Shown: positions 49,917-63,312, numbered from the stretch's first letter. The stretch: DNA of 64,000 nt from Lytechinus pictus (GCF_037042905.1 NC_087252.1:27592001-27656000), one strand, 5' to 3'. The notes: a model not told the origin generated them from the letters alone. Made by a program: numbers and translations.

Positions 49917-52900
49917 TTAATACAGATTGATGTGCACAATTGAACAAGAGTATTTCAAGGAACATGACGAAATGGAGAAAGGGAGAATAAGGGGGAAAGA
50001 GAGAGGAGAAAAAGAGTGGTGTTGAGAAAGATATTTAATTAGGAGAAAATAATATATCACAAGAAGAAATAAAATTATAAAAAATATTCATCCAAAATCT
50101 TATCCATGACCATGCATATTTATAACACACAAGTCTATGGGGTGTTTTAAAACACGTTTTTTTTTTTGAAAAAAAAACCGGGTGTTTTAAAACGCGTTTT
50201 AAAACATGTTTTAAAACACACCGTTTAAAACGTGCCAACCCTGGACTTGACTGATTCATATAGTATAGAGCAATGCTAATATCACATGTTGAGGGAGGAA
50301 TTAATCACTCTCACTTGACAATGAGGAGAAAATTAGAATATTTCATATAATAAAATACAAAAGAAATAGTGAGTGGATGACGTCATCAGTCTCCTCATTT
50401 GCATACCAACCAGGATGTGCATATAACTGTTTTGTGAAATTAAGCGAAACTCTAAAATGTCATAACTTTCTTATTTTACATCCGATTTTGATGAAATTTT
50501 CAGTGTTATGCTTGTTGGATTTTTCTCTTTTCAATCAAATCAATTTTTTGTTGGTGTGGACTTGTTCTTTAAGTAGTGGGGAGTGTTTGTTCTTAGGCGT
50601 CAGAGCAGGGGTTGGGTTACAGCTGAAGAAGTGCTTGAAACAATGAAGACGTTTATAGAAGATGTGTGTTTTGTTACTAATGATGGCAGTAAAGTAAATA
50701 ATGTAATCAAAAGAATAAAAAATACAGTGAGTGATAGGCATGTTGTACAGAAAAAAATAATGAACTTCTACAAAATTGTAGGAGGGATATACTGCAACAG
50801 TTGTTAGAGAATGGGCACATTTAACATACTTGGAAAGGGAGTCACTGTCAAAAATGAATAATTACTTTTGCGGATTACATTTTATAGTCGGGTTGGCAGA
50901 CCAGGCGGGACAAACATTGTAAGTATGGGATGGTATTCAATGGAGAACATGTAGGGGCACAGAAGGTTGGAGTGGCGCAAAAAGGTGGGGAATGTGGGAT
51001 AGTTCGGTTAGTAAGAACGGTGTGTAAATCGATTCAAGACAGAGGATGTGAAAAATCAGGGAAGCCCGTACATTTCCGAGCATTTCTGAAGGAAAGGGGC
51101 AAAACGTTAGTTCCATTAGCACCCTTTAAGGGTAACAGATTTAATATTTCATTTCATAAATGGAGGAGGTGTTTATTATTTAAGACATGATTTGAAGGAT
51201 TTTTTTGCAGACGATAGGGAAGAATAATTAAAGCAGTAGACTCAGTTTTTAACTGGGTGTAGGGCTTTGGACATAGTAAATAAGTTGTAACAGCCCCATT
51301 GTGGCGAGTATTGGATGGTAAGGAGAGAATAACGACCATGGACGAAAGATACAAGATCATGTCAAAATTTGAAGAATGGGCAGTTGACTCATCGCCATTA
51401 TTGGACGGCACAGCCGTGTTATTCCACGATATACCAGTTCAAAGAGATGAAATATATGAATCACTTCTCACAGGAGCCGATGCAGTTACAAAACAAGTTC
51501 TACCCCTTTCATAAACCTAATTTTACGACCAAATTATGCGGATATTATCCGCATAATTTGGTCGTAAAATCTGATACCCTTTTCATGAACCCAATTATGC
51601 GGATAATAGCCGCATAATTTGGTCGTAAAATCGGAGCGGGACCAGAGTTATCAGCATTATTTTGATGCTGCAATTATCCGCATAATGGCGGCATCGGGAC
51701 CAGATTTGGACTTAATGAACGCATTTCCAAAGTAATGCGGATAATTGCCATGGTGCGGTCACAAGGTCACCCTTTTCCAACACAACCGCATCGGAGGGAG
51801 TGTGTCACTGAACTAGAAATACGTGGAATACGTGTCCCTATTCCCATCGTACACAAAGCCGTGCGGCAACGAAGAGCATCGGGCTTCACGCTCGACTGAG
51901 CGCGTCGCCATTTTGCTAGGTCAGTTGGCTGGTCGGCAAATGCTGCGTGTAGGCAGATGGGAAAGAGGAACGCAAAGAAAGCTGTTCCTTGTGCTGCTTA
52001 AAGTTTTAGTTTGTGTTGTTACATCATGAACTATATGTTATTGAATATTTTCATAACTGAAAATGTTGATTTAGTCACATGTTTGTATTAAAGGGGAGTA
52101 AACATACAGACATGAAATCATAAAAAACTCGACATTTCTCACGCGCACACTGTGACAAAGAAAGACCCCACAACAAATATGCTTTCTGAGTAGGCCTACA
52201 ATTTGTCTGAACAATAAAGGCCTACTAGCGGGTTGCATTAAAAAAATATATTTTAACGATTAGAAATCATGTCCCTTTTCTCTAGCTTTTTTTTAAACCT
52301 CCCTTTTCATTCAACTATTCATCTCATCTCATTTTCTCTGATTTTCCTCTTCTGTCCATCTCTCTTATCCTCTCTTTTCTCCACTCCCTTCTATTTCTTC
52401 CATTTCTACTTTCAAGTTGTTATTGAAATTGTAAAGTTAATTTAAGATATTTATTTCCAGGGACCTCCGGGAAGAACGGATGGGCTATATTATTTTTAGC
52501 CCATCTGAAACGAGTCATCCCTACGATATTTATAAGTTTTATATGTTGTATTACTAGTATATTCATTATTTATGTTATGATTCTGTTATAATAATTTGAT
52601 CTTACAATGTATATTTTGTTCATATATTTTTTTTATCGTGAATAAACCAAACCTACCAAAGCCCCTCTCTCTCTCTTATTTCTCCCCTTTATATCATCTC
52701 GATCTCCCTCTTTATTATTTTTCCTTTCTCTTTGGCTTCTTTCTCTCTGATTTTCCTCTTCTTTCTCATCTCTCTCTCTCTCTTACCTTCCCTTTCTTTA
52801 GCTCTATCCCCCTTATATCTCTCTTTTATTTCCCCATCTCCCTTAATATATCGAGCCCTCTTTTATCTCCCTCTCGTCTCGCCTTTCTCTCCTCACCTCT

Positions 52901-53536
52901 TTCTCATTCCTCGTCATTTCCCCCTTTCTCTCCCCCTCTCTCTCTTTGTCTTTGATCTTCCTCTTCTTTCCATCTCTTCTCGTTGATCGTCTGTTTCTTT
53001 TTTTCTCTCTCCATGTTTACCATTTTGTCTTTCTCATTTCAACTTTCTCTATATAAATTTTGAGTAAATATTCCCTTCCCTCCCTCTCATACTGTTCAAT
53101 CACACATTCAGGGTGAAAAATTGAATAGAAGTCAGTGAGGACAAGAAGGTTGTTACTTTTAATGAGCCTTCAACGTCGGACCTTCGAGTGCTCAGCCATG
53201 AAATATCTACTAAGTACAGCGTATATAAAAATGGGCACAATAGAATTTGATTTCTTATGAAATTTAATTTGGAAGAGCATGGATGTTGCACGACATGTGC
53301 TTATACATCAATACACCTTTCCATAAAGGAATGGGCGATGAATAAACAAAACCAAGTCAACAAGTTTACTAAATTAGAGCACAAATCAGAAAAGCATAGC
53401 AATGGTAATTCCATTAAAAAAATTGTGGCACTAAATTTCGCTTATTTTCACATACCAGTTATATGCATTATCCTTGTCAGTATGAAATATTCCACATGTC
53501 AAAAATTGCACAAAAAGACCTCTTGTCAAATATTTC

Positions 53537-56033
53537 CAGGGTGACCAGACGTCCCGTATGTGCCGGGATCGTCCCGTATTTTTAGAATATTGAACAAAAT
53601 AGTTGATACATTTAAAAGTGACGAATTTTCATCAAATAACCAAACAGATGACGAAGCATGCAGAGACAACAATAAATCGATAACTAAACTTTTGCAAGTT
53701 CTGCGGGTGATTTTTATCCTAACCCAATACATTGCAAACGAGCTGGCTTCCTGCCCAGGTGCGGATCCAGGAGGGGGCCGAGCCGGCCCCGGTCCCCCCT
53801 ATTTTTTGACAACCTGCAGAAAAAAAGTGTACAGAAAGATAAGTAAGAAAGAGGTATCATACCCATGATGTGTAATTTACAGCCTCGTAACGGCCGGCCC
53901 GATCCCGGCCGAAAGGAAACAAGAAAAAGGTGAGGGGAAGAATTGGAAAATAGACTTTATATAAAAAATTTCGCTCGCGCTTCGCGCTCGCATTGCCTGT
54001 GTAATGAATCCCATTCAAGAGGATTAAATGGCACTTATATATCCAGTTCTGAAATAAATTTGCATACAATATTTTAGCTCGCACATCAAGCTTTCATTAT
54101 TTCGTTTGATTTACACAAATTGTTATTATATATAAAAATTTTCAGCTCCCGCTGCGCGCTCGCATTGTTTGATTTGTGAGTTGCCTATCCTCTTTGAAAA
54201 TTCTTACCAAAATTTGTCAAAATACACCTTTATCATGTCAGTATATCAAAAAATTAAACTCGTGCATCGCGCTCGCATTTAATTGTTTGAGACACACAGC
54301 TTGTTCTTTATTTAAATAAAAACGCGCTTAGACTGTCCAGTTTTCAGGTCGGAATATCAAAAATTTTGAGCTCGCGCTTCGCACTCTCATTATTTAATTG
54401 GTGATACTTGTATCCTCTTCATTAATCACTAAAAACGTTCCTAATTGAGTCCCTTTTCACGTTACTATAATACAATTTCGGCTCGCGCTCGCATTGTTCA
54501 GTTGGATACTTATCTTTTTTTCATGATTATAAAATCTCCTCAGAAACTTCAGGTCTATAGACATAAAATATCAAAGAATTTAAGCTCGCGCTTGCGCTCG
54601 CATTATATATTAAGACCACATGAGATACCTTATCTTGTTTATAACGAGACAAATTAACATGTACTTAAAACTTCAGTCTTTAGTTAGGACTACCCCCTGA
54701 AAAACCGACAAAAAATCAGATTATAGCGGCCAATCTAGAAAAATGTTGATGAAAATATTTTTCGGCCCCCCCCCTATTGGCGAAAGCTGGATCCGCCCCT
54801 GCTGCCTGTATGTGGCAGGCTCTATGCATGTAGGATCGGAGCAGGTTCTCAATGGTGCAAACAATCTCACATGATAAACAGTTTTTCCACCAAAATAATC
54901 ACAAAATCGGCGGGAAATTTTTATGATCATATTATAGATTCTCAGATTACTGATTTAATAGGAGGAACAAGTTTTGTTTTAGTTTTCATAACTGGATCTA
55001 CATGTAGTTGTTTTAGCTTTCGTTTTGAGTCTTGTTGTGTAGAATGCCGGCGCTGTTTCCTTTAATATGTAAGTTGACAATGTTTCACTTTGAAATTTTA
55101 TTCATTTCTAAACCACTTAGTTTTTCAAAATTTTAAAGATATATCTAAAAAACACCAAATATCATTATCATTTCTGTTAGATGATTGGATTGCTTTTGTT
55201 TGCTTGAATTTTGAACCTTTTCCTCTTTCATTTTTATCCTTCATCCTTCTATCCTTCCTGCTTGCTTTTTTGTTCCATCTATCTTTTAATATTTCCTACG
55301 TTTCTTTCCTGATCCTTTCTGTGTGTTAATTTTCTTTTCTTCTTTCTCTTATCTTCCCCTTTTATTTCCTTCATTCTTTCTTTCCTTATACTTTTATTTA
55401 CTTCCTTCTCCCTTGCTCACCCTTTTCTTTTCGTTTTTTTCTCTCTTTCCATTATTTTTTTTAATTCTCTCCTCCCTCCAATCTTTCCTCCCTCTCTTTC
55501 ATTCTTTATTTTATTTTTCCTTCTAATTCTTTCCCCTTATTCTTTCTTTCTTTCCCCTCTCCCTTCCTTCCTTCCTTCCTTCCTTCCCCCTTCCTGTTTT
55601 CTTCTTTGTTTCTTTCAAAGAATGAAAACATTTTTCTTTCCTTCATTCTTTAATTGTTTCCTCCTCCTTTTTCTTACTTTTTCTTTCTCACCTTTATTTT
55701 GTCTTTCACACATCTTCCCTTTTTTCATTCTTTCTTTCTTTCTATATTCGATGAATTCAAAGAATGACGGAAACCTTTTTTTTATCTTTTATTCTTTTTT
55801 TCATCGTCCTTTTAATTATTCTAACTTTCTTTCATTTTTCCCTTTCATTTTCCCCTTCATTTTTTCATTCTTCTTTCTCATTTCATTTCTTTTCTTTCGA
55901 ATTTTCTTTCTCTCCATTCTTTCGTTCACCCTCCCTTCCATTTTTTTTCACAATTATAACACTGTGTAGCCTTCTTTGATGTTCTTCTTTATCGATTGTC
56001 CCGTATTATATTTTGTGAAATCTGGTCACCCTG
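53537..56033. mobile_element. hAT-like element with TIR CAGGGTGACCAGA and a pyrimidine-rich interior
   Basis: 13-bp TIR, no clear TSD. The right part is homologous to about 37990-38777. Confidence 0.65.
53756..54801. mobile_element. MITE with TIR CAGG(G/T)GCGGATCCAG and internal GCTCGCGCTTCGCGCTCGC repeats
   Basis: Terminal inverted repeats and a degenerate flanking duplication CTTCCTGC/CTGCCTGT. Confidence 0.75.
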
Positions 56034-57065
56034 ATTTAAACCCTTTTTTAAACTACATGAACTACCAGGTCCCAGTACATTGTGCATATAGAAATATGTT
56101 TGTACATTATTGGCTTAATGACATTAAAATACACTTTGCCACACTAAGTACATCAGTATTAATTTTATATTTATAGAGAAAACATATTGCATCTTGCACA
56201 TACTTTCAATTGCCTTGTACGGCGCGTTGTCGAACAATTGACCTAGCAAAATGGCGGCGGTCACGTGACTTATCGAGTTCGCCGTCGATGTTTTGCTTGG
56301 TTGAACACGACTTCCACGTATTTCTATAGTTCAGTGGGGTGTGTGCAGTTGCCATGATAATTATCCGCCTTTTCAGGTCGGGCGCTCGTAAAAAAATAGT
56401 GCGGATTATTTTTGGAGTTTGTGAATGCATTTTTTATTGAATTATCTGCATTAATCTTAGGCGGATAATTGGACGATGGGTCTTTGGGGGTATTTCATAA
56501 ACCCAATTATGCGGAATAGAAAATATCCCCATTATTTGGTCGTAAATTCGGAGCGGGACCAGAGTTATCCGCATTATTTCGATGCTGCAATTATCCGCAT
56601 AATAGCGGCATCGGGACCGGAATTTGACTTTATGAAGGCATTTCCAAAGTAATGCAGATAATTGCCATGGCGCGGTCACAAGGTCACCCTTTTCCAACAC
56701 AACCCCATCGGAGGGGGTGTGTGCATTACTGCATTTGTCATGACAATTATCCGCCTTTTTCAGGTCGGGCGCTCGTAAAAAATAGTGCGGATGCAATTTA
56801 ATTGGAGGATGGGTTTATGAAACACAAGCACTGCTTTATTTGCATCCTATTTCAGTAGTTATGTCATGATTACGAGTAGGCTCCTTGGGAGCACATTTCT
56901 TCTTATTAGAGTGATGTTAATGAAAACGAATAGTGGGGTACCTAAGACAAATGTATCCGTTGAACGAGATTTCGGAATGATGGATAGAATAATGAGAAAG
57001 AAGCCAAGGGCGAGTATTTATGAAGTGGAAAGCATTTATAATGTACATTTACAATACAAACCAAT

Positions 57066-58873
57066 AATTGTAATTCAGGAAGGGTTGGGGATGAGTATCA
57101 CACGATAATAGAATGCAATGTACACACAACTGAAAGGGTGGTGTTTTTTGACAAAATAGCTGAAATGTATAAACAGTTTAAGAACCTTTGCAATGAAGAC
57201 AAATTTATATTCATAATGAAACTTGATAATGAAAACATAAAGTCATAATTGATTATTTTTGTAAGTTCTTCAAAGCGATTATAAATAAAAGGGGTGAATT
57301 TTAACATCAAGTACATTTTTCTTTTTAAATTCCATTCAAGCTATCTAAAATCCACCAAAGCCACCATTACCAAAGATATATCTCTAACGTTATACAATTA
57401 TTTACCCTCTGATTTGTATTCGATAATTAGATAACTTATATATATGAAGAGTTTAGTTGCAAAAGGGGTTAGGTCCACTTTTTACCATTCCGGGAAAAAC
57501 CATGTTTTTTATTCTCAGTGCAATACTCTTATGAGAAACTAAATTGTCATGATGATCATGATGTACTACCCTATCATGTAAATATAAAATTGGGTATTAA
57601 AGAAATCTACATGTCTTCAATTTTTTCTATATATTCTTTTAAAAATTATCATCGTGGACCACTGGACCTAACCCCTTTTGCAACTAAACTGAAATGAAAA
57701 AAGTGATTTTTCTTTGCCACTTTTATTCACGTTTTCATGTGAATTTCAAATTTTCGTTGTTTTCATCAGAATGACTAAAAATTTAGAGGTTTTGAGACAG
57801 AAAACAATAAAAATTTATGAACAATGGACTTGACCCCTTTTAACAAATTAGCTCTTCAGAATAGTTTGTTTTCAAAAGGGGTTAGGTCCACTTTTTACTA
57901 TTCCGAGAAAAACCATGTTTTTTATTCTCACTGCAATACTCTTATGAGAAACTAAATTGTCATGATGTACCACCCTTTCATGTGAACATAAAATTGGGTA
58001 TTAAAGAAATCTACATGTCTTCAATTTTTTCTATATATTCTTTTAAAAATTATCATCGTGGACCATTGGACCTAACCCCTTTTGCAACTAAACTGAAATG
58101 AATCCAATCTATTTTGATTAAAAAAGTGATTTTTCTTTGCCACTTTTATTCACGTTTTCATGTGAATTTCCTATTTTCGTTTTTTTTCATCAGAATGACT
58201 AAAAATTTAGAGGTTTTGAGACAGAAAACAATGAAAATTTATGAACAATGGACCTGACCCCTTTTGACATATTAGCTCTTCAGAATAGTTTGTTTTCAAA
58301 AGGGGTTAGGTCCACTCCAAGAAATTTTTTTTTTACTCTCCCATATTGCAATATTCATATGTGAAACTAAATTTTCATGATACCCTACCATGAGAACATA
58401 AAATTGGGTATAAAAGAAATCTACCTGTCTTCATATTTTTTAAAATATTCTTTTCCCAAAAAATTCTGTGTGGACCTAACCCCTTTTGCAACCAAACTGA
58501 AATGGACCTTACCCCTTTTGAAAAAAAGTGATTTTTCTTTGCCATTGTAGATCACTTTTTAATGAGATCAATTTTTAATCTTATAGAGCTACTAAAAATC
58601 TATACATTTGATAAAATATGGACCTAACCCCTTTTGCAAGTGAGCTCTTTATATTGTATTATGCTACTGTACACCTTCTTTATTAAATTTCAATTTGTCA
58701 TTTCTCTTTGTATATAGATGTATATCTCTATAATAATTGGAAACCTATATACATGTATTGATGTATTACTGATTTACACGACATACAGTTATGAATGTTT
58801 TTGTTTATGTTACCATTGTATATATTTTCAAACAAAATATTCATGCCATGTGAATGAAGTTTGTTAATAAATT
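57066..58873 (+). mobile_element. 5'-truncated non-LTR retrotransposon (end of ORF2 plus 3' UTR)
   Basis: Begins NCNSGRVGDEYHTIIEC (CCHC-type ORF2 tail) and ends AATAAATT. 9-bp TSD CAAACCAAT (57057-57065, 58874-58882). Confidence 0.8.
57446..58650. mobile_element. TIR element amplified as a tandem trimer of about 415-bp units inside the LINE fragment
   Basis: AAAAGGGGTTAGGTCCA at about 57461, 57874 and 58298, with inverted copies TGGACCTAACCCCTTTT and TA flanks. Confidence 0.75.
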
Positions 58874-59103
58874 CAAACCAATGGGTCAAAGAATTGGAAG
58901 AAGAGAAAAGTGCGGAGTACATGAGTATAGCTAGAAAGCAGGTTGTCAAGCAAAGGAAGGAATATTGTCAGAGGGCGAAGCAAATTTGGGAAGAAAGGGA
59001 GAAAAAGTAAGAGAAATGAGAGATAGCAAGGTCCAAAAAGAAGAAAAGGAAACGGTTAGAAAGGAAAATATATATGAAGAAGTCAGAAATGTATGTGGTG
59101 GTA

Positions 59104-59735
59104 CAGTTGAGGCCAGAAGTTTACATACACCCAGGAAATTCTTTTAAAAGTTGACAATTGCCAAACATCATAAAATTTACTGTATCTTATAAAATATTTG
59201 TGCTATCATGACAAATTTAATATCAAACAAATGAGTATGTCATGCCCCTTCATCACATTGCTTTGTCATCAGGAGCTGAAAAATATTTAGGTGTCATTGT
59301 TCCCCCAAAAAATCTTCATATTTTAGACAGTTTAAAAAAAAAAAAATTCATATTTGTGCTAGTTACTTCTCACCACAAACATTTCAGATTACATTTTTGT
59401 TCAGTGGTGACATATCATAATAGAAAAAGTAATATAAATCATAGATTTGACATTTATATATTTCGATGAAACGATGTTTGAAAATATAATAAACAAAAGA
59501 ATACATTTGACACAAATATTACTTTTTTTCTTTCCAAAAAATTCCACCTAAAATTTACTTTAATCCCAGTGGCATCCCAATCATGTGAAAGAGCGTAATG
59601 TGCTTTTTTCATTTGACACCAAATTTGTCATGGTAGTATTTATATTTCTGAAGATATAATAAATTTTACGATGTTTGGCAAACGAACAAATTTCACTGAA
59701 TTCAATGGGTGTATGTAAACTTTCGGCCTCGACTG
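59104..59735. mobile_element. Tc1-like non-autonomous element
   Basis: TIR CAGTTGAGGCCAGAAGTTTACATACACCC (Tc1/Sleeping Beauty style) with a TA TSD. Removing it restores VCGG-IWMSENEID. Confidence 0.9.
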
Positions 59736-62060
59736 TATATGGATGTCAGAAAATGAAATAGATCAAGGACTCGCTAGGAAGAACAATGACATTAAATTGG
59801 AAATGCTGAAAGTACACTTGAAAGCTAGACGATATGTGTTCGGAGAGAAAAACACAGAAGGTATCTTCGATTTCACAGAAAGGGGTAGAGTGAAGACGTG
59901 GTAAGAGTTAAAGGAACAGCTTATTTAAGTCGTGAGAAGGAGCAGAGAAAGAACGCAAGAAATTGACAAGGATGACAACGAAGTAGAGGAAATCCTGCTC
60001 GCACCAGAGGCGAGGGTATACCAGTTCAAAGAAGAAATGAAAAGGAAGAGATCTGAGGTAGAAAACAAGTCAAGAAAAAGAGTGAAAAGAGGCCGAAACG
60101 TAGATTACAATGATTTAGTTGGTAAAATTGTTCAGCATTTAACAGAAGATGATGAAGGAGAAAATTGGTACTCCGCATTCGTCCTCAGTAAAAACAATGA
60201 GTCGATGAATTTTGTCTTATTTGTCCAATACCCAAACTGTATACTCGTATCCCCAAAATGATGTAGTTGAAGACTTGAACAGTGGGGATATGTACGTTAA
60301 AGATATAACAGCAAGAGAATTAGTAGGGTATAAGATAAGACACAAATGGGACGTAGACAACGCAAAGGTATGGTTTACCGGTTATGTAGTTGAGGCAGAA
60401 GATGGCCATGGTGTAGATAAATCGTGCAAGGTGGAATAGCGATGACGAAGAAAATACATGGGAGGGAGCATTGCTGGAAGATTATTGGAAAGGAGATGTG
60501 CGAATTTTGGAGAAAGTTTGGTTGGGCCTATAAATCGAATGATTAAGGTATGATTGCCAGAAAGAGCTTATTTAATAGATGCAAGAAAACAGCAACTGAT
60601 ATAATGAATATAACTACATGGCTGCATAAATCAAGTTACAATGTATACTCGATTGCAATAGATGGAAGTAAAAAATAGCAACAGAAATATATAGTTACTC
60701 TAACATATACTATATACTAGTATTGATTATCGAGTTGCAATTGAGTGCTCGATTACACTTTTCTTTCCGGAAGGAGAAAATAGTGACTGAAGCATTTTGT
60801 TCTGCTATACATGCATTCATGAACATGGTCGTTCACGGGTCTGTGGTCTCGCCTGATATCGCATATTTACAACATGATATTTTGACCAATAGATGACCTT
60901 TGACGTTATGATCATCATGAACACACGTGAACACATTATTTGTACCAATTCAGTGTAAACACAGTTCATGCAGAAATGAGAGCGAGTTGAACAGACGCTC
61001 GAAAATAATTAGAGCATGAAGAGTGGACTTTCCTTTGAGTTCAGCAAGTTGTTGTGGTGGAAGATCATCGCGGTATATGTATAAAGCGAAGACTGTCAAC
61101 ACTGGAGCTCTTTTTATTTATTATACAATACAGCAGTAATCAAGCAAGCTCTTGGCAAACATAATTATACATTTTTAACATTCTGAATTTGGAGAATAGA
61201 CCCTCACGCAGTAATTACGAAGTAATCAATTGCGTGAATTATGCACAAATTGAACTGAACTTTTACTCTTATAGAAAGACGAGTTTATTCTATAAATATA
61301 TTGACTTTTGTAAACGAATCAGTACCTGTGTAAATATATATACAAAATAAGGTAGAGCAGTCGGGTAGGGATTCTGTTGTTCATATAAAGTATTATTCGC
61401 CTCGGCAGATAGATAAATGTTTTTATTAATACAAAATCACATATAAAAATACATACAGGCATGGTAGTTTAACAACTAAATTGCGCCATGAATTTACAAT
61501 AAAAGTGTACATTGTATATTATTTGAAGGAATATTAATTATCACCAAAAAAAAATACAAAAAAAATACAAAATTATTCACAAGGACACACCCATTAAACA
61601 ATCATATACCAAAGCACGCATGCACCCTCACACTCACCCCGCATCCAGACACCGGGCCAGATACATACACACACTATACAAACACAAGTTAGATCTAATG
61701 TTTAATAATTCGGTTCATAAAATATACATGGACTGTTTTATATTCGAGACATGGTTGTTTCAATTCGGCTCGCGGATAGTCTCGTTGCGGTCCCCTTGAG
61801 CCTCTAGAAAAAAACCATGCCCCTCAAAGCAGTCCATATACCTATACTATTGTCTGTGACCTTTCAACTTGAGCAGTGACCCAGACGTGTCCGTCTACGA
61901 ACGCATTATTCATGGGCATGATAAGTTGAAATTTCATGATAAGTTGAAAGGCAAACTTGACAACGAAAGCGGTAATGAATATGTATCGCGCGCCCTTTCA
62001 ACTCCGCCCCTCATGCGGCGCGCGTAGGGAGCTCTGTGTGTGTTTTAGGTAAAGCAGACA

Positions 62061-62628
62061 GGGTGATTTCAAGTACGGTGTTGAAATCTGGTGTTGGTGT
62101 TGGGACAACACCAGCTACAACACCGTACTTGAAATCACGCTGGTGTTGAGATTGACCTCGGAAAATATGACGTATTTCCGGCAGTTTGTGTTGAATGTCG
62201 TCTGCTGAACCGAGCATTACAGCTGGTGTTGACGATCTACGTGCAATTTCCCTATTCACCAACACCAACCCCCAGGGATTGGGAAAATCGTGGTTTCAAG
62301 TTCGGTGTTGGTGTTGATGAACTGTAGTTCATGAACAGGAGGCGAACACTAAGAAACACCCCCGTAACATTATCTATTGCAGTTAAGATGAGCGCAAATC
62401 ATTAGAGTTTTACACATTTTAATGAAAAATAATATTTATGCTTTCTGATTATTGCAGTGATTTTAACCTTTGCATTCTGTACTATAAGATTTTACTGCAA
62501 TTTCTTCCCGATTTCACTTTCGTCGTCGAGAATTTCTCGCGTAAAGTTGAGATGAATCATGATCAGCAGCGCAGCGCAGAGGCGTAACGTCATAGGATAT
62601 CGATAACGCGATCGGTATCGCTCCTCTG

Positions 62629-62665
<37 letters not shown>

Positions 62666-62904
62666 CGGTGTTGTGGTTCGGTTCAGCAGCCTTTTCACGC
62701 TCTCAACACCAACACCGTACTTGAAATCAGGGGCCCGTTGCAGAAAGAGTTGCGTTTAAACGCAAGTCAAAAAATCAATCGCAAGTCAAAAATGCGCGCT
62801 GTTGATTGGTTGAAAATCAAGTTGCGCTTGATTTTTGGAGTTGCGATAGATTTTTGGAGTTGCGATTGATTGCAACTCTTTCTGCAACGGGCCCCTGGTC
62901 ACCC
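62061..62904. mobile_element. MITE with TIR GGGTGATTTCAAGTACGGTGTTG and AACACC subterminal repeats
   Basis: Inverted ends; homologous inverted copy at about 30259-31564, which hosts the Penelope insert. Confidence 0.75.
62728..62897. mobile_element. MITE with TIR CAGGGGCCCGTTGCAGAAAGAGTTGC, inserted in another element's TIR
   Basis: Perfect 26-bp TIR; splits TTGAAATC/ACCC. Confidence 0.85.
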
Positions 62905-63312
62905 AATGTTCCACTATCGGTGCGATATCGCTTACGTTTTAAGCTGAAAATGTGCCAAACTTTAGAAGCAAATCTCTCTGGATTTAAATGCTTGTGAGTT
63001 ATGAAACTTGATTTACATGTACATGTTATTTCAGATATTTTCTTCACTTTCTGCTACGTGACAGTGATTAAATTAACAAAATAGGTGATATCTGAAAATC
63101 GTCCAGAGACCAGACATCCTATTCCTAATCAGAGTCGACTCCCTAACGTTAGGCAGGCATGGGAACTCTCTAACGTTAAAATGGGGTAGAATGGGTTCGC
63201 AAGAGCACTCCAAATAAAAGGGGAAAAATAATCAAATTAACATTATGCAATTACCTGGATTAGGTGCTGGTCAGAAAATGTGGATTATCTCTGTTTACAG
63301 GGACTGTCTCAG

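Larger units (their letters stand above)
47615..50243. mobile_element. hAT-like non-autonomous element
   Basis: Ends CAGGGTTG/CAACCCTG with a perfect 8-bp TSD GACTTGAC (47607-47614, 50244-50251). Confidence 0.85.
47333..50568. mobile_element. Kolobok-like MITE interrupting the transposase fossil, itself split by a hAT-like element
   Basis: TTAA at 47329 and 50569. Removing it restores AYDIHL-SSGECLFLG. Confidence 0.85.
51806..56336. mobile_element. hAT-like element with long imperfect TIRs (CACTGAACTAGAAATACGTGGAA)
   Basis: Inverted ends of about 130 bp and an 8-bp TSD GAGTGTGT/GGGTGTGT. The empty-site version is at about 56708-56725. Confidence 0.75.
51502..56822. mobile_element. TIR element (TTTCATAAACC...GGTTTATGAAA) with internal direct repeats, interrupting the transposase fossil
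   Basis: Terminal inverted match. 51583-51805 recurs at about 56495-56720. Transposase-like sequence resumes after about 56850. Confidence 0.65.
46149..60533 (+). pseudogene. Decayed CxxH-type DDE transposase with C-terminal tandem Spindlin-like repeats, split by nested insertions
   Basis: Collinear motifs DGTTK (47281), SDRH (50730), FCGLH (50866), FKGNRFN (about 51125) and TNVSVERDF (E at 56962). The frame rejoins across the insertions at 47329/50572, 57065/58883 and 59103/59738. Many stops and frameshifts. Confidence 0.85.
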
